A stretch of DNA of 64,000 nt from Octopus sinensis (lineage: Eukaryota). This document shows, piece after piece, positions 41,030 through 53,929 of this stretch. The stretch lies in contig NC_043002.1 of the NCBI RefSeq assembly GCF_006345805.1, positions 98,828,001 to 98,892,000 on the forward strand, read 5' to 3'. The number at the start of each line of letters is the position of its first letter. Positions within the stretch are counted from its first letter, which is position 1. Both the position numbers and the translations under genes were made by a program. The notes below the pieces were generated by a model. It worked only from the letters and a program-made list of their open reading frames with translations. It was not told the DNA's origin and ran no database searches.

Positions 41030-42000
41030 GATAATAGTCAGAATGTCATCGAAAGAATTGACAAATTAGAAACTCAATATTCTACCTTTCCAAGCAAAAT
41101 GAGAATTTAGCAAATTATGCCGTTATATAAAAGTTCTCTATGACATTGACAATATATATATGAAAATGTCTTTTTATTGTAACAGTAAATAAATTCATTG
41201 AGATGGATAAATTACTACTGACAGTCATTTAGGCATCAAAACGAAGTGATCAGCGCTGTTGGATCTAATTGAATTAACTGAAGAAATTAGGAATTGTATT
41301 GACAAAACAATATACTATCGAAGTATTTATAGATCTAAAACAACTTTTAATATTGTCAACCACAATATATTATACGAGAAATTGTAAAGATATATTATCA
41401 GAGGGTTTGAACTTAATTAAGAATCTATGTAAGAAACATTCAGCAATTTGTGAAGATAGACGAGCATGCCGGCATGCATAAATATTGCTTGTGGAGTTCC
41501 TTAGAGGTCAATGTTATGACTTACATGGTTAAGTTTATGCATAAATCGCTCTGAAATTTGCTTTATTTACAGATAACACCAATATTCTTTTGTTCTGAGT
41601 AGAATTTACAGTAACTTGCAGCTGTGATCAAAGCAGAAATGAAAAAAATTAAAACAGGGGCTTGACAATGAACAAATAATGGCGTTGTTAAAGCAAAGAA
41701 AAAAATGTTGTTTGGAAATAGTATTATAAACACTCAAGTACAGGTTGTGTCAAACAGCTTCAATAGTAAGGATACATTAATATAAATATCTGGGTGTGGT
41801 ATGAGACTAAAATATTTCTTGGAAACCTCATATCAATATGTACATGGAAAGATGGCAATTAGCATTGCAATACTGAATGAGAAGAGGTAAGTTCAGGGTC
41901 CAAAGCCGTCACCATGTCTGCATTGTCCAATCGTAATGGCGTATCTAGTTTACAATAGGATAGTTTACAATATTGAATATCAGGAACATTGAACATACTC
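41030..42000 (+). mobile_element. CR1/L2-group LINE reverse-transcriptase relic
   Basis: LIELTEEIRNCID-KQYTIEVFIDLK...IVNHNILYEKL, a GVP.GS-like segment, FALFTDNTNI (FADD-like) and KYLGV, all frameshifted. Confidence 0.7.
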
Positions 42001-42099
42001 GCGATGCTTTTAAAGTTTCAACCTAGAAGTCCACCAATTTTGATGAATTTAACACAGCGCAAATAATGTTTAAAACAAGCAAAATCAAATATCTGTAGA

Positions 42100-42172
42100 A
42101 ATTTACTACATTAGTAATTTACTACATTAGTAATTTACTACATTAGTAATTTACTACATTAGTAATTTACTA
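42100..42172. repeat. 16-bp minisatellite (AATTTACTACATTAGT) x4.5
   Basis: Perfect head-to-tail copies, no spacers. Confidence 0.95.
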
Positions 42173-42414
42173 ATGACATGCATAAAGTTCTCTTATATAG
42201 AGAAGGACGGATTATAATTTCAGAGAAAACGTTAATGGAAAGAAAATAAGCTTATGTACTAATGGTTAAGAAGAGTATATGTATTTAAAATCTGTGAGAG
42301 GAATTTGAAGAGAGGTATGGGTGCTGAGCTCAAAGCACAAACATTATCTAATTCTGAATATAGTGAGAAAAGATTAATATTATAGAGGTGAAAGGTTATT
42401 TTAATGCATATATA

Positions 42415-42632
42415 CGAGGGGGTGCTCAAAAGTTCCTGGCTTTAAGAGTATCGCGGAAGACCTGGTTGGAGGCTCAGCCTTCCATGTTCTTTTACAGGGC
42501 TTAGTAAAGCTGAAGGAACGCTGCAATAAGTGTGTGATTCAGAGAGTGGGAATATGTTTAATATAACCATAATTAACCGATTCTTCTGTACTTTCTCTTA
42601 CCCAACGTCAAGGACTTTTCAGCATCACCTCG
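42415..42632 (+). mobile_element. mariner-derived MITE
   Basis: TA-CGAGGGGGTGCTCAAAAGTTCCTGG ... GGACTTTTCAGCATCACCTCG-TA. Internal QGLVKLKERCNKCV matches a mariner C-terminus. Confidence 0.85.
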
Positions 42633-43929
42633 TATAAGGACCATCAGTTCATCAGCACATGTGCATCCCCGGGCAAAGTGCTTTTTGTTTTTGCGGAAGA
42701 CTGGTAGTTGCCCATGCATGCAAATATACTTTTCTCCCCACGAAATCGATACGTAACCAAGAGATAGTGGGAGACTATCTGGGCCGATACAGCCATGTTA
42801 TCACAAATTAAACATTGCCGTCAGAACGCAAAGAATCAGGGTAAGTACTCCAAGGTATTTTGTCTAACTCCCTCAAAGTTCCGCTGATGTACTACCTAGG
42901 AATGGTTCTCTTCTATCGACCCCGAAGGGATGTACGACAAATTTGATCTTCCAGGGATTTGGACTCAGAGAATAGAGATTAGAAACACATGTTGCAATGT
43001 GATATTCTGTCTAACATTCTAACAATTCACGTCCTTTGACACTGAACGTCGATTGGAGTAGTAAGATAATTGTATGCAAATTACATTGAGTCGTACGTAG
43101 CATCGGGGCAGCTGTTTATAAAGTGTATATTGAAGTTAATACATGAGTAATTGAGAAGTATAGAATAAAGTTTATACTCCTTAATTCACTTCGAAAATGT
43201 AATATTTAATTCTACGACGTGTATAAAAGATTATTGGGTTTGCTGTATAGGATTATTGTTTATTTCCTTATTATTTATTTTTCTTTATTTTTGCTTGATT
43301 AATTTTTAATTTTTACTTGTTCGGAACGAAATATTTAAAGTTCAATTAAATCAAAAATTTTTTTGGGATATCGTATTTTCATTGTCCAGAACGTTTTTTA
43401 TCGAAGAATATTTTCTGGAACAATTTGCAATAATCATTAGAGAAAACATTAATTACCACTGATTGGACTTCCACATTGAAAACATTGATAAATTCAGTAA
43501 AAAGTTGCTCTAGGCAACGAGTTATTTTATGAAGGTCGCACGGTATGCTAGAAGTAACTCCGCAAATATTCTTGAAATTACGTTCCACCGACTTAGGAAA
43601 AAAGAACACATTGGATTAACTACAGACCTAGGTGAACTAGGTGAAATGAACATAAGAGAAGGATGCTTCAAATGTTTTGATCATACAACATCAAGAACAA
43701 AAGCAATAACGCTACCAATAATAACAACAGCAACAGCAGTAATAACAACATAACATTTCAACACAAATTTTAAAGATGATAGCTGGGTGCTTATTATCTG
43801 GAAGCTACTTTTCTCTATCTTATCACCAGCACAGTGGTCATGTTGAAGTATAGTGTTAATCTGCCATTGCAAGCCTGTTTGTAGGTCGAACCATCGAAGA
43901 AATTCTTTTACGACTTTTTAGAAATTGTA

Positions 43930-44189
43930 ATAAATAATAAATGCGTCCTTTTAAAGCCTAGCCAGGCTCATGGGCCCGGTTTCCCGGTTTCTATGGCATA
44001 TCTGTTCCCCAGCTGGACGGGACGCCAGTCCATCGCAGCGTTACTCATTTTTGCCAACTGAGTGGACTGGAGCAACGTAAAATGAAGTGTTTTGCTTAAG
44101 AACACAACGCGTCGCCCGGTCCAGGAATCGAAACCACAATCTTATGATCATGATGCTGACACCCTAACCACTAAGCCACGCGCCTCCAC
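43930..44189 (-). mobile_element. SINE family D, 14-bp TSD
   Basis: TSD TTTTAGAAATTGTA at 43916-43929 and 44190-44203; very similar to 36517-36783. Confidence 0.92.
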
Positions 44190-44608
44190 TTTTAGAAATT
44201 GTAGTCAAACTTAAATCTTCCTATCATCTTAAAGGAGGACATATAATGGGATATTGTATTAGGAATGTCGTTCACGATAGTTAAGCTTCATGTTGGCTGG
44301 ACTGGCAAAAACAACAACAAAACATGAACAACGTCAATAATTACTAGGCTTCTATAATTGAGGAATATATCATTAGGTTGCAGAATGACCTTAATCCCTC
44401 GCATGGGATTATCTTGGAGATAAAATGGTTCTATCATAATAACACTTCGTTGATTGATTGACTTATTGGTGCTAAGTATACTACAAGGGTTGGAATAAGA
44501 AGGGAAATTCAATTAAACCAATGTTGTATTGATGTTTGATAACATACAAAAGATAATGGAACTCGTGAATTTCATAGAATAGAAGTATAGCTAGGTATCA
44601 ACGCTGTA

Positions 44609-44814
44609 CGATGTGGATGTTGAAAAGTTCCTGGCTTAGGGTAAAAGAAAATACATTATGATTTTCTTCAACATATTCTCTAATCTCAGATTCACACACT
44701 TATTGCAGCGACCTTTCAGTTTTTCTAAGCCCTGTAAAAGAACTTGGAAGTTTGGGCCTCCAACCAGGCTTTTCGCGACACCCTTAAAACCAGGAACTTT
44801 TTAGCACCTCCTCG
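44609..44814 (-). mobile_element. mariner-derived MITE, second copy
   Basis: Reverse orientation of 42415-42632; TA on both flanks. Confidence 0.85.
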
Positions 44815-45161
44815 TAAAGCTTCAGACCAGTGAAGAATATCTCAGCAAAAACGATGGGCTGAATATAATAAGCACCCTTCAACTCATACGCTTTTATTTT
44901 AAAAATGAAGGCTTGTTAAGAGATTGTTAAGAAATTGAGATGGTTACGGCTTGGATCGTAACAGATGACCAAGGGCTAAGTAATAACAACAATATGAAAA
45001 CAATGACATCTATAGCATCTGTTTTAATCCTAATCAATCTCTGTTCCTTCACCTCTCATTAAGAATAAGATTAAGCACACGTATGTATGCATGTATGTAT
45101 GTCGATAGATACACACGCATATACATGTATATATGCATCCACGTGCACACACACATATATA

Positions 45162-45394
45162 TATTTCTTTACTACCCACAAGGGGCTAAACGCAGAGGAG
45201 ACAAACAAGGACAGACAAACGGATTAAGTCGATTACATCGACTCCAGTGCGTAACTGGTACTTAATTTATCGACCCCGGAAGGATGAAAGGCAAAGTTGA
45301 CCTCAGCGGAATTTGAACTCGGAACGTAACGGCAGACGAAATACGGCAACGCATTTCACCCGGCGTGCTAACGTTTCTGCCAGCTCGCCGCCTT
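45162..45394 (-). mobile_element. SINE family C, long (LINE-like) tail variant
   Basis: Full head, with tail ...TGCGTTTAGCCCCTTGTGGGTAGTAAAGAAATA. Confidence 0.9.
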
Positions 45395-45572
45395 CTGCCA
45401 TATATATATATGTTTACTTGTGCATAGACATAAAACCATGTATATATTTAAACTCAGACATGTTTGTGCCTATGTGGATCAACGCATGCATTCGTAAGCT
45501 TGTACGAGGTATATGCACAAATGTATATGATGTATTTATGCATACACACGCATGCATATCTATCTATCTGTA

Positions 45573-45634
<62 letters not shown>

Positions 45635-45635
45635 C

Positions 45636-45670
<35 letters not shown>

Positions 45671-46021
45671 CCTATCTATCTATCTATCTATCTGTCTATC
45701 TATCTATCTGTCTGAATATACATTCTCATTCAGGCACATATTCTATCTACGGGTTTACTTCAAAGATTATGAATATCAGTTGCACAATTAGATGGCCTAC
45801 ATCAAATAATGAAACAACCAGCCGGATTATTTAATTATCAAGTCTTTAATACCATCAAAACAATTATATTTCAAACAGCTCATCATTGAGAACAGTCCGT
45901 TGGCTTGCTCTCTGTATATTCAGGTGTATACACATAGACTGTATATTACATTACATACATACACATAAATTTATATATGGCTATTATATATATATATATA
46001 TGTGTGTGTGTGTGCATATAT

Positions 46022-46455
46022 ACCCTTTTACTCTTTTACTTGTTTCAGTCATTTTGACTGCGGCCATGCTGGAGCACCGCCTTTAGTCGAGCAAATCGAC
46101 CCCGGGACTTATTCTTTGTAAGCCCAGTACTTATTCTTTGTAAGCCCAGTACTTATTCTATCGGTCTCTTTTGCCGAACCGCTAAGTGACGGGGACGTAA
46201 GCACACCAGCATCGGTTGTCAAGCAATGCTAGGGGGACAAACACAGCAGACACACAAACACACACATACATATATATATATACATATATACGACAGGCTT
46301 CTTTCAGTTTCCGTCTACCAAATCCACTCACAAGGCATTGGTCGGCCCGGGGCTATAGCAGAAGACACTTGCTCAAGATGCCACGCAGTGGGACTGAACC
46401 CAGGACCATGTGGTTAGTTAGCAAGCTACTTACCACACAGTCACTCCTACGCCTA
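46022..46455 (-). mobile_element. SINE family B with an internal 22-bp duplication
   Basis: Reverse complement of 7147; ACTTATTCTTTGTAAGCCCAGT occurs twice. Confidence 0.9.
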
Positions 46456-46579
46456 TATATATATAATATTTATATATTGCACAATATATATATATAGGCA
46501 TATATACGCACGTATACGTATATGAATATATTTAAAATGTATGTATATACATATGTGTATATATACATATATATATATG

Positions 46580-46864
46580 CTTCGTGACCGACCAGACCGT
46601 CAGATGTTGTTACACATCGCTGGCCACAATGCGTTCGCATTGTTTTAGCCTTTGAATGACGCCACCCCGCTGGCTAAGCGAGCAGGCCAACAGAAGAAAG
46701 AGTGGGAGAAAGAGTGGTGAAAGAGTACAGCAGGGATCACCACCCCTTGCCGGAGCGTCGTGGAGCTTTTTTAGGTGTTTTCGCTCAATAAACACTCACA
46801 ACGCCCGGTCTGGGAATCGAAACCGCGATCCTGCTGCCCTAACCACTGGGCCATTGCGCCTCCA
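46580..46864 (-). mobile_element. SINE with A head and body and a third tail type
   Basis: A head and body, then CTTAGCCAGCGGGGTGGCGTCATTC...CAACATCTGACGGTCTGGTCGGTCAC. Confidence 0.8.
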
Positions 46865-47941
46865 CTATATGCTTGTATATACATACACATATATATAATT
46901 GTAAATCTTGTAACTATAATCATCTCTCTTTCTCATATATATACACCCAAATGAATGTGTGTGTCCTTTTGAATATGTGCCTGTGTGAATATGTGGCGTG
47001 TTGTTTCTGTGTATTAGCGTGTTTATCTTTTCCTCCAAAGACAGTTTCCGTCAGTTACAAAAAAAAAAAACGCGTAGTTAATTTCTGGATGGAACTAGCT
47101 AAGATATATCAACTACAATATTGCTTACTTTATAACAGAAATCCCTCCCTCCCTCCCTCCTGAAGCAAAAAGCTGCGACGTAGATTCGGTGGTGGTAGTC
47201 GTGATGATGGGTGTCGTTGCTCAAGAGAACTCTGCATATTCATAAATCCACCATCCTGCATCCATTTAATATAATTATCTAGAGTGTACGTGTGATTGAA
47301 AGAGAATGGCTGTAGCTCATTGTCATCTTTCAGATAAATTAGTTTTACACTTCAGCCGATCACGTAATAGATATTAACCCATTTAAAACATCAGATGATT
47401 TCATCACAGTGTTCCAGCACATTTCGTTGATATCCTAGAGAATCCATTTTCATTTACAAATAAAACATACACATACATAGAGCCAACCAACCAAACAAAT
47501 AGATATCTATTAGAAGTGTCGCTGTTCCGCGCTCTATAGTGTCGCATGCGTGAGTCACACAGTCAACCAATTCATTGTGTGTTGTATATCAACTAGCAAA
47601 ACGTTTGGTGACGCGTTTCCTGTGATCGATGCTAAACTGGCTCCGTGACAAAGTTGATTAATACTCGAACGGCTCAGACCAATTAGCTGTAAGAGAACAA
47701 GGTTGATTGGTTATAGACTGTTCGAGCAACCAGAAGTTCTGTATAATTGATGGCTATCTTTAGGTTGCAGTGCTGATTTCAAGTCGGACAGTGGATGTAG
47801 CTTGAAGAACAATGAATTCTACCAGGTTTTCTTACTACAAAACCAAGGATTTGATAGAAAACCAAGTAAGAGACTCAGTTGAGATAATTGGGTGTAAAAT
47901 TGACTTAGATTCATTAAAAAACCAGTACTCTCTCTCTCTTT

Positions 47942-48345
47942 AACTCTTTTACTTGTTTCAGTCATTTGACTGCGGCCATGCTGGAGCACCGCCTTTTAAT
48001 CGAGCAAATCGACCCCGGGACTTATTCTTTAGTAAGCCCAGTACTTATTCTATCAGTCTCTTTTGCCGAACCGTTAAGTAACGGGAACATAAACACACCA
48101 GCATCGGTTGTCAAGCAATGCTAGGGGGACAAACACAGACACAAAAACACACGCACGCATATATATATGTACATATATACGACGGGCTTCTTTCAGTTTC
48201 CATCTACCAAATCCACTCACAAGGCTTTGGTCGGCCCGAGGCTATAGTAGAAGACACTTGCCCAAGATGCCACGCAATGGGACTGAACCCGGAACCATGT
48301 GGTTGGTAAACAAGCTACTTACCACACAGCCACTCCTGCGCCTGT
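47942..48345 (-). mobile_element. SINE family B
   Basis: Near-identical in structure to 46022-46455. Confidence 0.9.
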
Positions 48346-49276
48346 ATATAAAAATTAAATTTTCTTTACTGCAAAATACCTTTTCATGCAAACTGTTCTG
48401 TCGTTGAAAATCTACCAGCTCTTCATGCATAAAGTGCGAGTCAGTATGTTGTGCTAAGGGCTTACAGGAGCAACCAAGCTGAACTATTTTAAATCAACAA
48501 TATTTAATGTTTGCATGATACATATTTTGTCAAACATAAAACCTAATAAAATTCTTTGTAATCTATACTGTTATAAACTAAATATACTTCTTTACCTTTT
48601 ATTTAGTTCAGTAATTGGACTTCAGTCTCATTCGTGTACCGCCTTGAAGGATTTTGTGGAGTATATCGAACCTAGAATTTATTTTAAGTCTTGCGCTTAC
48701 TCTATTAACTCGATTGATAGAAGGACGAAAAAGACCAACACTTTTTGTCAAGCGGAGAGAGTGACAAACACAAAGTTACACGCATGCACACACAAACCCA
48801 TATGAATCCATATGTATACGACGGGCTTTCGCGCTGTTTCTGTATTCAAATTCATTCACAAGATATTCGTTGGCCCACTGCTTTTGTAGAAAATACTCTT
48901 CCAAAGTGCCGCGCAGTTGAACTGAACCCAAAACCAAGTGGTTACGAAGTGAAAATTTTAGTCAAAGAACCATGCTTAAATATACTATGAATATTAAAAA
49001 ATGTGAAATGTTTACAGTGTGCATATGAACTGAGAAGCCTACAAAGGTAAGATTGAAAGTCGCTTTGGAGTTCCGGTTTACTAGATATCGCCAGTCTGAT
49101 GACTGTTATTAAGCCTAAATTTCGTGGTAAATGTTGACCTTTTCTTTGTAAAACTAAAATAAATATGTACTTGTTGTAATCCTTTCTATGTTGGATTGTT
49201 ATAACGCGCACTTCGGTATACAGTATACTTAGTAAAACCAGTAAAGACACAGCTGTCGCTGACCGCCAACCAGTAC

Positions 49277-49670
49277 TATTTTCGTTATTGGCCACAGAGA
49301 GCCGAACATAGAAGGACGATACAGGATATTACATGTGGGGTCGAAAAAAGAAGAAATCGAACGAGTAAATATATGTGTCCATTTTGCCCACACTCGAAGC
49401 ACTTTGGTGCTCTGCTGAACAGCGATCTTAACACTTGTATCATCCGGAAGGATGACGAACTCCGGTATGCTATCAATATCTGTTGGGGTGACCTGGATTG
49501 TTTTTCTTACGGCCTTGCCACACCAGCTGTGGGTACTTTTTTCTTCCAACTTCAATAGTATCACCTCTTCTTTTATGTTGGTGAAGGTCGCCGCCGGGAG
49601 CCACATTGCTTTGATTTCAAGGTCGAACCGGTTTATTATTATTTTCGTCTTTCTTTTGCAGAGATAGACG
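49277..49670 (-). mobile_element. L1/Tx1-like ORF1 fragment joined directly to a LINE 3' tail
   Basis: ...IPEFVILPDDTSVKIAV/RAPKCFECGQNGHI (knuckle truncated), then CTATGTTCGGCTCTCTGTGGCCAATAACGAAAATA. Confidence 0.65.
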
Positions 49671-49679
49671 GTAAAAGAG

Positions 49680-50450
49680 CTAATCCGCTTGTCTGCAGAG
49701 TGATCGCCGAGTCCATTTTGGCATCACTCTCAGCGACAAACTGAGCTTCCTTTGTTTTTTCCTTTGTTTTTCTTCAGCTTTCCTTCTCCGCATCTTCTGT
49801 GGTCGAGGGGCGGCCCTCATCTTTTTCTTTTCGATGGCCGCACTCTGTTCTTGTGTGGACCTTTTTGCCACATTTGTAGCAGCACGGCTTTCTCCCCTCG
49901 ACATGTATCTTAAGTATGGTGTCTTCCCCCACCACCATACGGTCGGGGATTTCTTCCAGGTCAGCCGTTGTTGCTTGTATTATGATGTCTACGCCCTGCC
50001 CTAATCAATTTTTTGGGGAAGAGCGTGTTATTTGTGAGATATTGAATTTATCCTCTCTACCGTAGCAGAGCGCCGCAATGATCCACTTCACGTCAACTTC
50101 TGGCGGTGCTACTTCAATTCTGATTCGGGACGTTCTACGTCCCAGATACGAGAGGAGTAGAACTACTTCCATTGTTTTAAGTGTTGTCACTGAATGTTCC
50201 TTCGCTTTTTCAACGTTTCTAAGCCTTACGTCGATAGAGGCAAACCTTTTGCATCAGACCACATACGTAATATCGTTCCACTTTTCAATTTTATCCTTTT
50301 CGAGATTTGCGATCTTTTTTTCTGAAACAATGAAGCATTCATACACAATACTTCTATTGTTTCTTTGCCACATATGTTTTTCGCATATGTCACAAAATTT
50401 AATCGATATTTTTGGGGCTTTTTTTACTTGCTTTCCTTTTTACTGATCCA
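49680..50450 (-). mobile_element. L1/Tx1-like ORF1 relic with CCHC knuckle
   Basis: EVVLLLSYLGRRTSRIRIEVAPPEVDVKWII ... VEGRKPCCYKCGKKVHTRTEC. Confidence 0.75.
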
Positions 50451-50459
50451 CTGCTGCTA

Positions 50460-51210
50460 TCTTTTCTCTTTCCACTATGAATAATCTCTCCGTTTCACCC
50501 TCGTCTAATTTTTCTTCTTCTGAATCCTCCTCCTCTACTGGTACAATGAATGTCCTCCTTCTGAAACGCCTCTTCGAGCTCCTTTTCAAGTTCCTTTTCG
50601 ATCTTCTTGTCAACAAACCATTTTATCTTCCTTCCTTCTAAATTCCTTCACAACCTCTTTCTCTACCGTTTCTTTCTTCTTTTTCTGCCTCTCTGGCGGA
50701 GGGCTTACTCTATCACTTCTCTTTCTCACTACCGTAAATTCTTCATCCGTTCTTGTCTCCTTTACCTCGACTTGTACCACTTCGTCTGCACTCTCTTGCT
50801 TCTCAGTGTGTTCCATCTGTTATTCTCTCTGGGGGCACCTCGCCTTCATGTGATCTTTTTCTCCACATGTGAAGCATATGGGCGGTCTACCCTCCACCAC
50901 CATTCGCAGCCTTACGTCCTCAGGCAGAACTATTTTCGCGATTCTGTTGAGGTCTTCTATACTCGCTTGAATGGCCCAATAGTTCTTGTAGCCTTGAGAA
51001 TCTTGGTCTCTTCCTCCATATTTAACATTATGACTGTTATCAGCCATATTTCTTTTATCTCTGGTGGCACGTTGCCAATTCTAACCCTGTAGGTTGGCAT
51101 TCCTCTGTTCTTATGGCTTCCTCCATCGCGAAACGCTCATCCACAGTGCCATACTTTCTTCCTCTGGTAATGAACGCGGCGAACCTCTCGTTATGGCAGA
51201 CCCTAAGTAC
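50460..51210 (-). mobile_element. L1/Tx1-like ORF1 relic with CCHC knuckle
   Basis: FITRGRKYGTVD, RVRIGNVPPEIKEIWLI and VEGRPPICFTCGEKDHMKARC, followed by a charged tail. Confidence 0.75.
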
Positions 51211-51560
51211 ATGCCAAGACTGAAGGGATATGGAGACGACGCTCACTGCTGGGAAATGGAAGTTGACTCTGGGAAATTGCCAAAGTCTGTAAGTTATTAT
51301 GAACTTATTCAAAAGCTTCAAATGGACATTTTTAGCACTAAAATCTTCCAAAAAGACATTAACCATTGTTTCCATTGTTTATTACAAGGATAAACGAAGT
51401 CGCCCGAATGTGAAATCGAGTGGCTTCATTTCAGTTTTAATTTTTTCATTTATTATTATTCCACCTTTATACATCCGTTTTCTTGTCTTCACTTTTGTAT
51501 TTTTGTCTGTCTTTGTATTGTCACTCTATGTTTATTCCCCTATGGGCATTAATGGAATCT
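51210..51560 (+). mobile_element. LINE 3' fragment (ORF2 C-terminal relic and tail)
   Basis: TCQD.RDMETTL-like segment, then tail TTTGTCTGTCTTTGTATTGTCACTCTATG...CCCCTATGGGCATTAA. Confidence 0.5.
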
Positions 51561-51589
51561 ACGTTGTTCTAAAGGTCAGTCAAAATTAT

Positions 51590-52467
51590 TAAGATGTATT
51601 TTTTGTTAATTGTTATGTCTTAAAACACTTGTTTTTGCTGCCTTATGGTAGTTTTGTTTTCGCTTTTCCCCCTTGTTTGAAGTGGGTAGCTCTGTTGTAA
51701 AATGAACTACGAAAACCTCAGTTCCTTGGAATTTACAACTTCTGAGGAAGATTTGCTGAGGGCAATTTCTGAAGTAGACAAAAAAGGAAAGAAGAGAATG
51801 AATTTTGCGGCTGTGGCTAAAAGCCACAACAAAGAAATTGAAGCAAAGGAACTTGGTAAATACAAGAATATGCTTCGTAGGGAGGTGTCCACCCCTAACA
51901 AGTAATACAGAAAACCAAAGAAAAAGTGATAATCTATAGAACTTACAGTATTAAAATCATGGAAGAGAATTAATTAGTACAAATCAAAGGCTTTAAAACC
52001 CATCTGGCAGGGAATTTCTGAGCTTGCCAGAGGAGAAAGTTTGGAACGATGGCGGTGCGGTTCCGAAATGAAGCTACTGCCAGGTTACACTCGGCAACCC
52101 ACTTGAAAATTGATGAGGTGGTACTTCTGCTCATATACTTTGGAAGGCGTTCTTCCATGGTAACGGTAGAAGACATAACCTCGAAATAAATGTGGCCTGA
52201 ATAGTAGCTGGTATACTACTGGGCATGGAAGAAAAAGATAGTGGTCCTCCAAGTCACCTGCACTGCACATAAAAATTGGCAAGGGCAGAGCCTGGATATG
52301 GTAATCCAGAAGCCCTGGAAAATGTGGTTGAGACCATTACATTTTTCATGTTTTTCATTTTATTTTATTCCTCCTTTTTAAATCCATTTTTTGTCCCTAT
52401 TTTTTTGTTTTTGTTTGTCTTTGTATTGTCCCTCTGTGTTTAGCTCCCTGTGGGCAATAAAGAAAAC
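51590..52467 (+). mobile_element. internally deleted L1/Tx1-like element: 5' UTR, ORF1 N-terminal half, 3' tail
   Basis: MNYENLSSLEF... and KFGTMAVRFRNEATARLHSATHLKIDEVVLLLIYFGRRSS, homologous to the minus-strand ORF1 relics, then CTGTGTTTAGCTCCCTGTGGGCAATAAAGAAAAC. Confidence 0.7.
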
Positions 52468-52494
52468 TACTTCACACGAACGAATACTAGCACG

Positions 52495-52534
<40 letters not shown>

Positions 52535-53929
52535 TTTTTGGAACATAGGTTTGAAAATTAGAATTTTTATATTAAATGCCCAAAGTTATATTTAATTTGC
52601 AATATATTATTACTTGACCAAAAGTTTGGAACGTAGAGCTGAAAATTAGAATTTTACATTAAACGCTCAAAGTTATATTTGGTCGGAGCGTATACTTGGT
52701 CGGGCATAACAATTTTTATTTTAAAAAAGTGTTCTTAACTTTCGGCCACGACTGCATATAGGCGTGTAGCTAAGTTTGTCAATAAATATGTTCGTGTTTA
52801 TGTTTGTCATCGTTTGACGACATGTATTTGTTTGTTTATGTACATATAACTTATCGGTTCGACTAAAAAATTCAAATAGATTTTATCAGCTAGCACATTT
52901 TAATACGGAGTCCCAGCATTGCCGAGGTACAATGACTGAAGCAAAAGTAAAAGAGAAAGCCAGAGGCTGAAAGTAAAACCAAACGACCTTTATTTAATAT
53001 TAAATTTTCTGGTGATTGCTTCAGAGCATTGCAATCGGAAGAGATAAAATGGCATAAGCAGATTAACACTGGATAAAAACTTTGTTAGTTCAGTATATTA
53101 GAATTTAGCGTATATGTATGAATTTTTCTCTTCTTTTATATCTGTTCCAATAAGAACCACCCGTGGTTCTTATTGAGAGTGAATACAATAAACTGAGATA
53201 TAATTCTCGGAGGATCCACTACCTAGTTGCTCCAACAAATAACAGCGAAGTATTCCTCAAATGACAGTTACAGGACTGATAAAAAGAAAGGCCAAATGTT
53301 CCTAGATATATAATGCATGGCAGAAAGAAGATATAGAAATGGCTGGCACACCTTTCACAATAGGTTTGCCCCGTGGGGTTGTCCGTGGGTTAAACAATAG
53401 CAAAAACAACAACTTGTGGTCTTGTGACCAAATTGATAAATCAATATTTGTCATTTTCGTGATGGAGAAATACACATCAACATTAAAAATCAATAAAGAG
53501 AACAAAGTACAAACTGAGATAAGCTCATGATCCGGTATTTATTCCCAATGGAACAATTTATCATTTCACGTTCTTCACCTAATGCTTTTTAAAAGCATGC
53601 GCACCAGAAAATTCCATTCCATTCCCTATTCACAAAAGTAACAAACGATTAAGAGAACGAATCATGCTTCATTGAATAATCTTATTTTATTTCGCAGGTC
53701 GATTTAAATAGAGAAGAAAATAACAAATAAATGATAACTCTCCTCCTTCAAAACCGATTATATCTGAAATTTAAAGACAAAATTAATAATAGAAGCATTA
53801 ATTCTCTCATTCGTTCAGTCTTTTATACTTTTATTCTTTTATTCTTTCAATCACTCATTCATTTATCGTCGTTGGAAATTTAAGCATTTTAAACTATGAA
53901 GCTTCAGGTCAATTTCGTGTTTGTGTGGC

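Larger units (their letters stand above)
43330..45018 (-). pseudogene. probable LRR-containing GPCR (LGR/RXFP/GRL101-like) pseudogene interrupted by a MITE and a SINE
   Basis: Signal-peptide-like IDVIVFILLLLLSPWSSVTIQA; LRR-like FFTGLKL, YLQDNPM, IFLNYRSLVIIDV and FKFDYNF; TM1-like LKCYVVITAVAVVIIGSVIAFVL; TM2-like PSLMFI/HLGL. Removing the SINE and one TSD (274 bp) puts ORF 44288-44512 in frame with ORF 43681-43872. The family call is by eye. Confidence 0.5.

Noticed and set aside
42100-42172. CRISPR-like short repeats (also the 17-mer x3 at 57912-57962)
   Set aside because: Head-to-tail repeats with no spacers, in a eukaryotic context.
42415-44814. Composite transposon formed by two inverted MITEs
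   Set aside because: Each MITE has its own TIR pair and TA flanks, the copies are diverged, and the second sits inside the putative pseudogene, which points to independent insertions.
52535-52770. Direct repeats of about 60 bp and a possible Tc1-like terminal sequence
   Set aside because: No matching second end or transposase sequence was found, so the element could not be supported.
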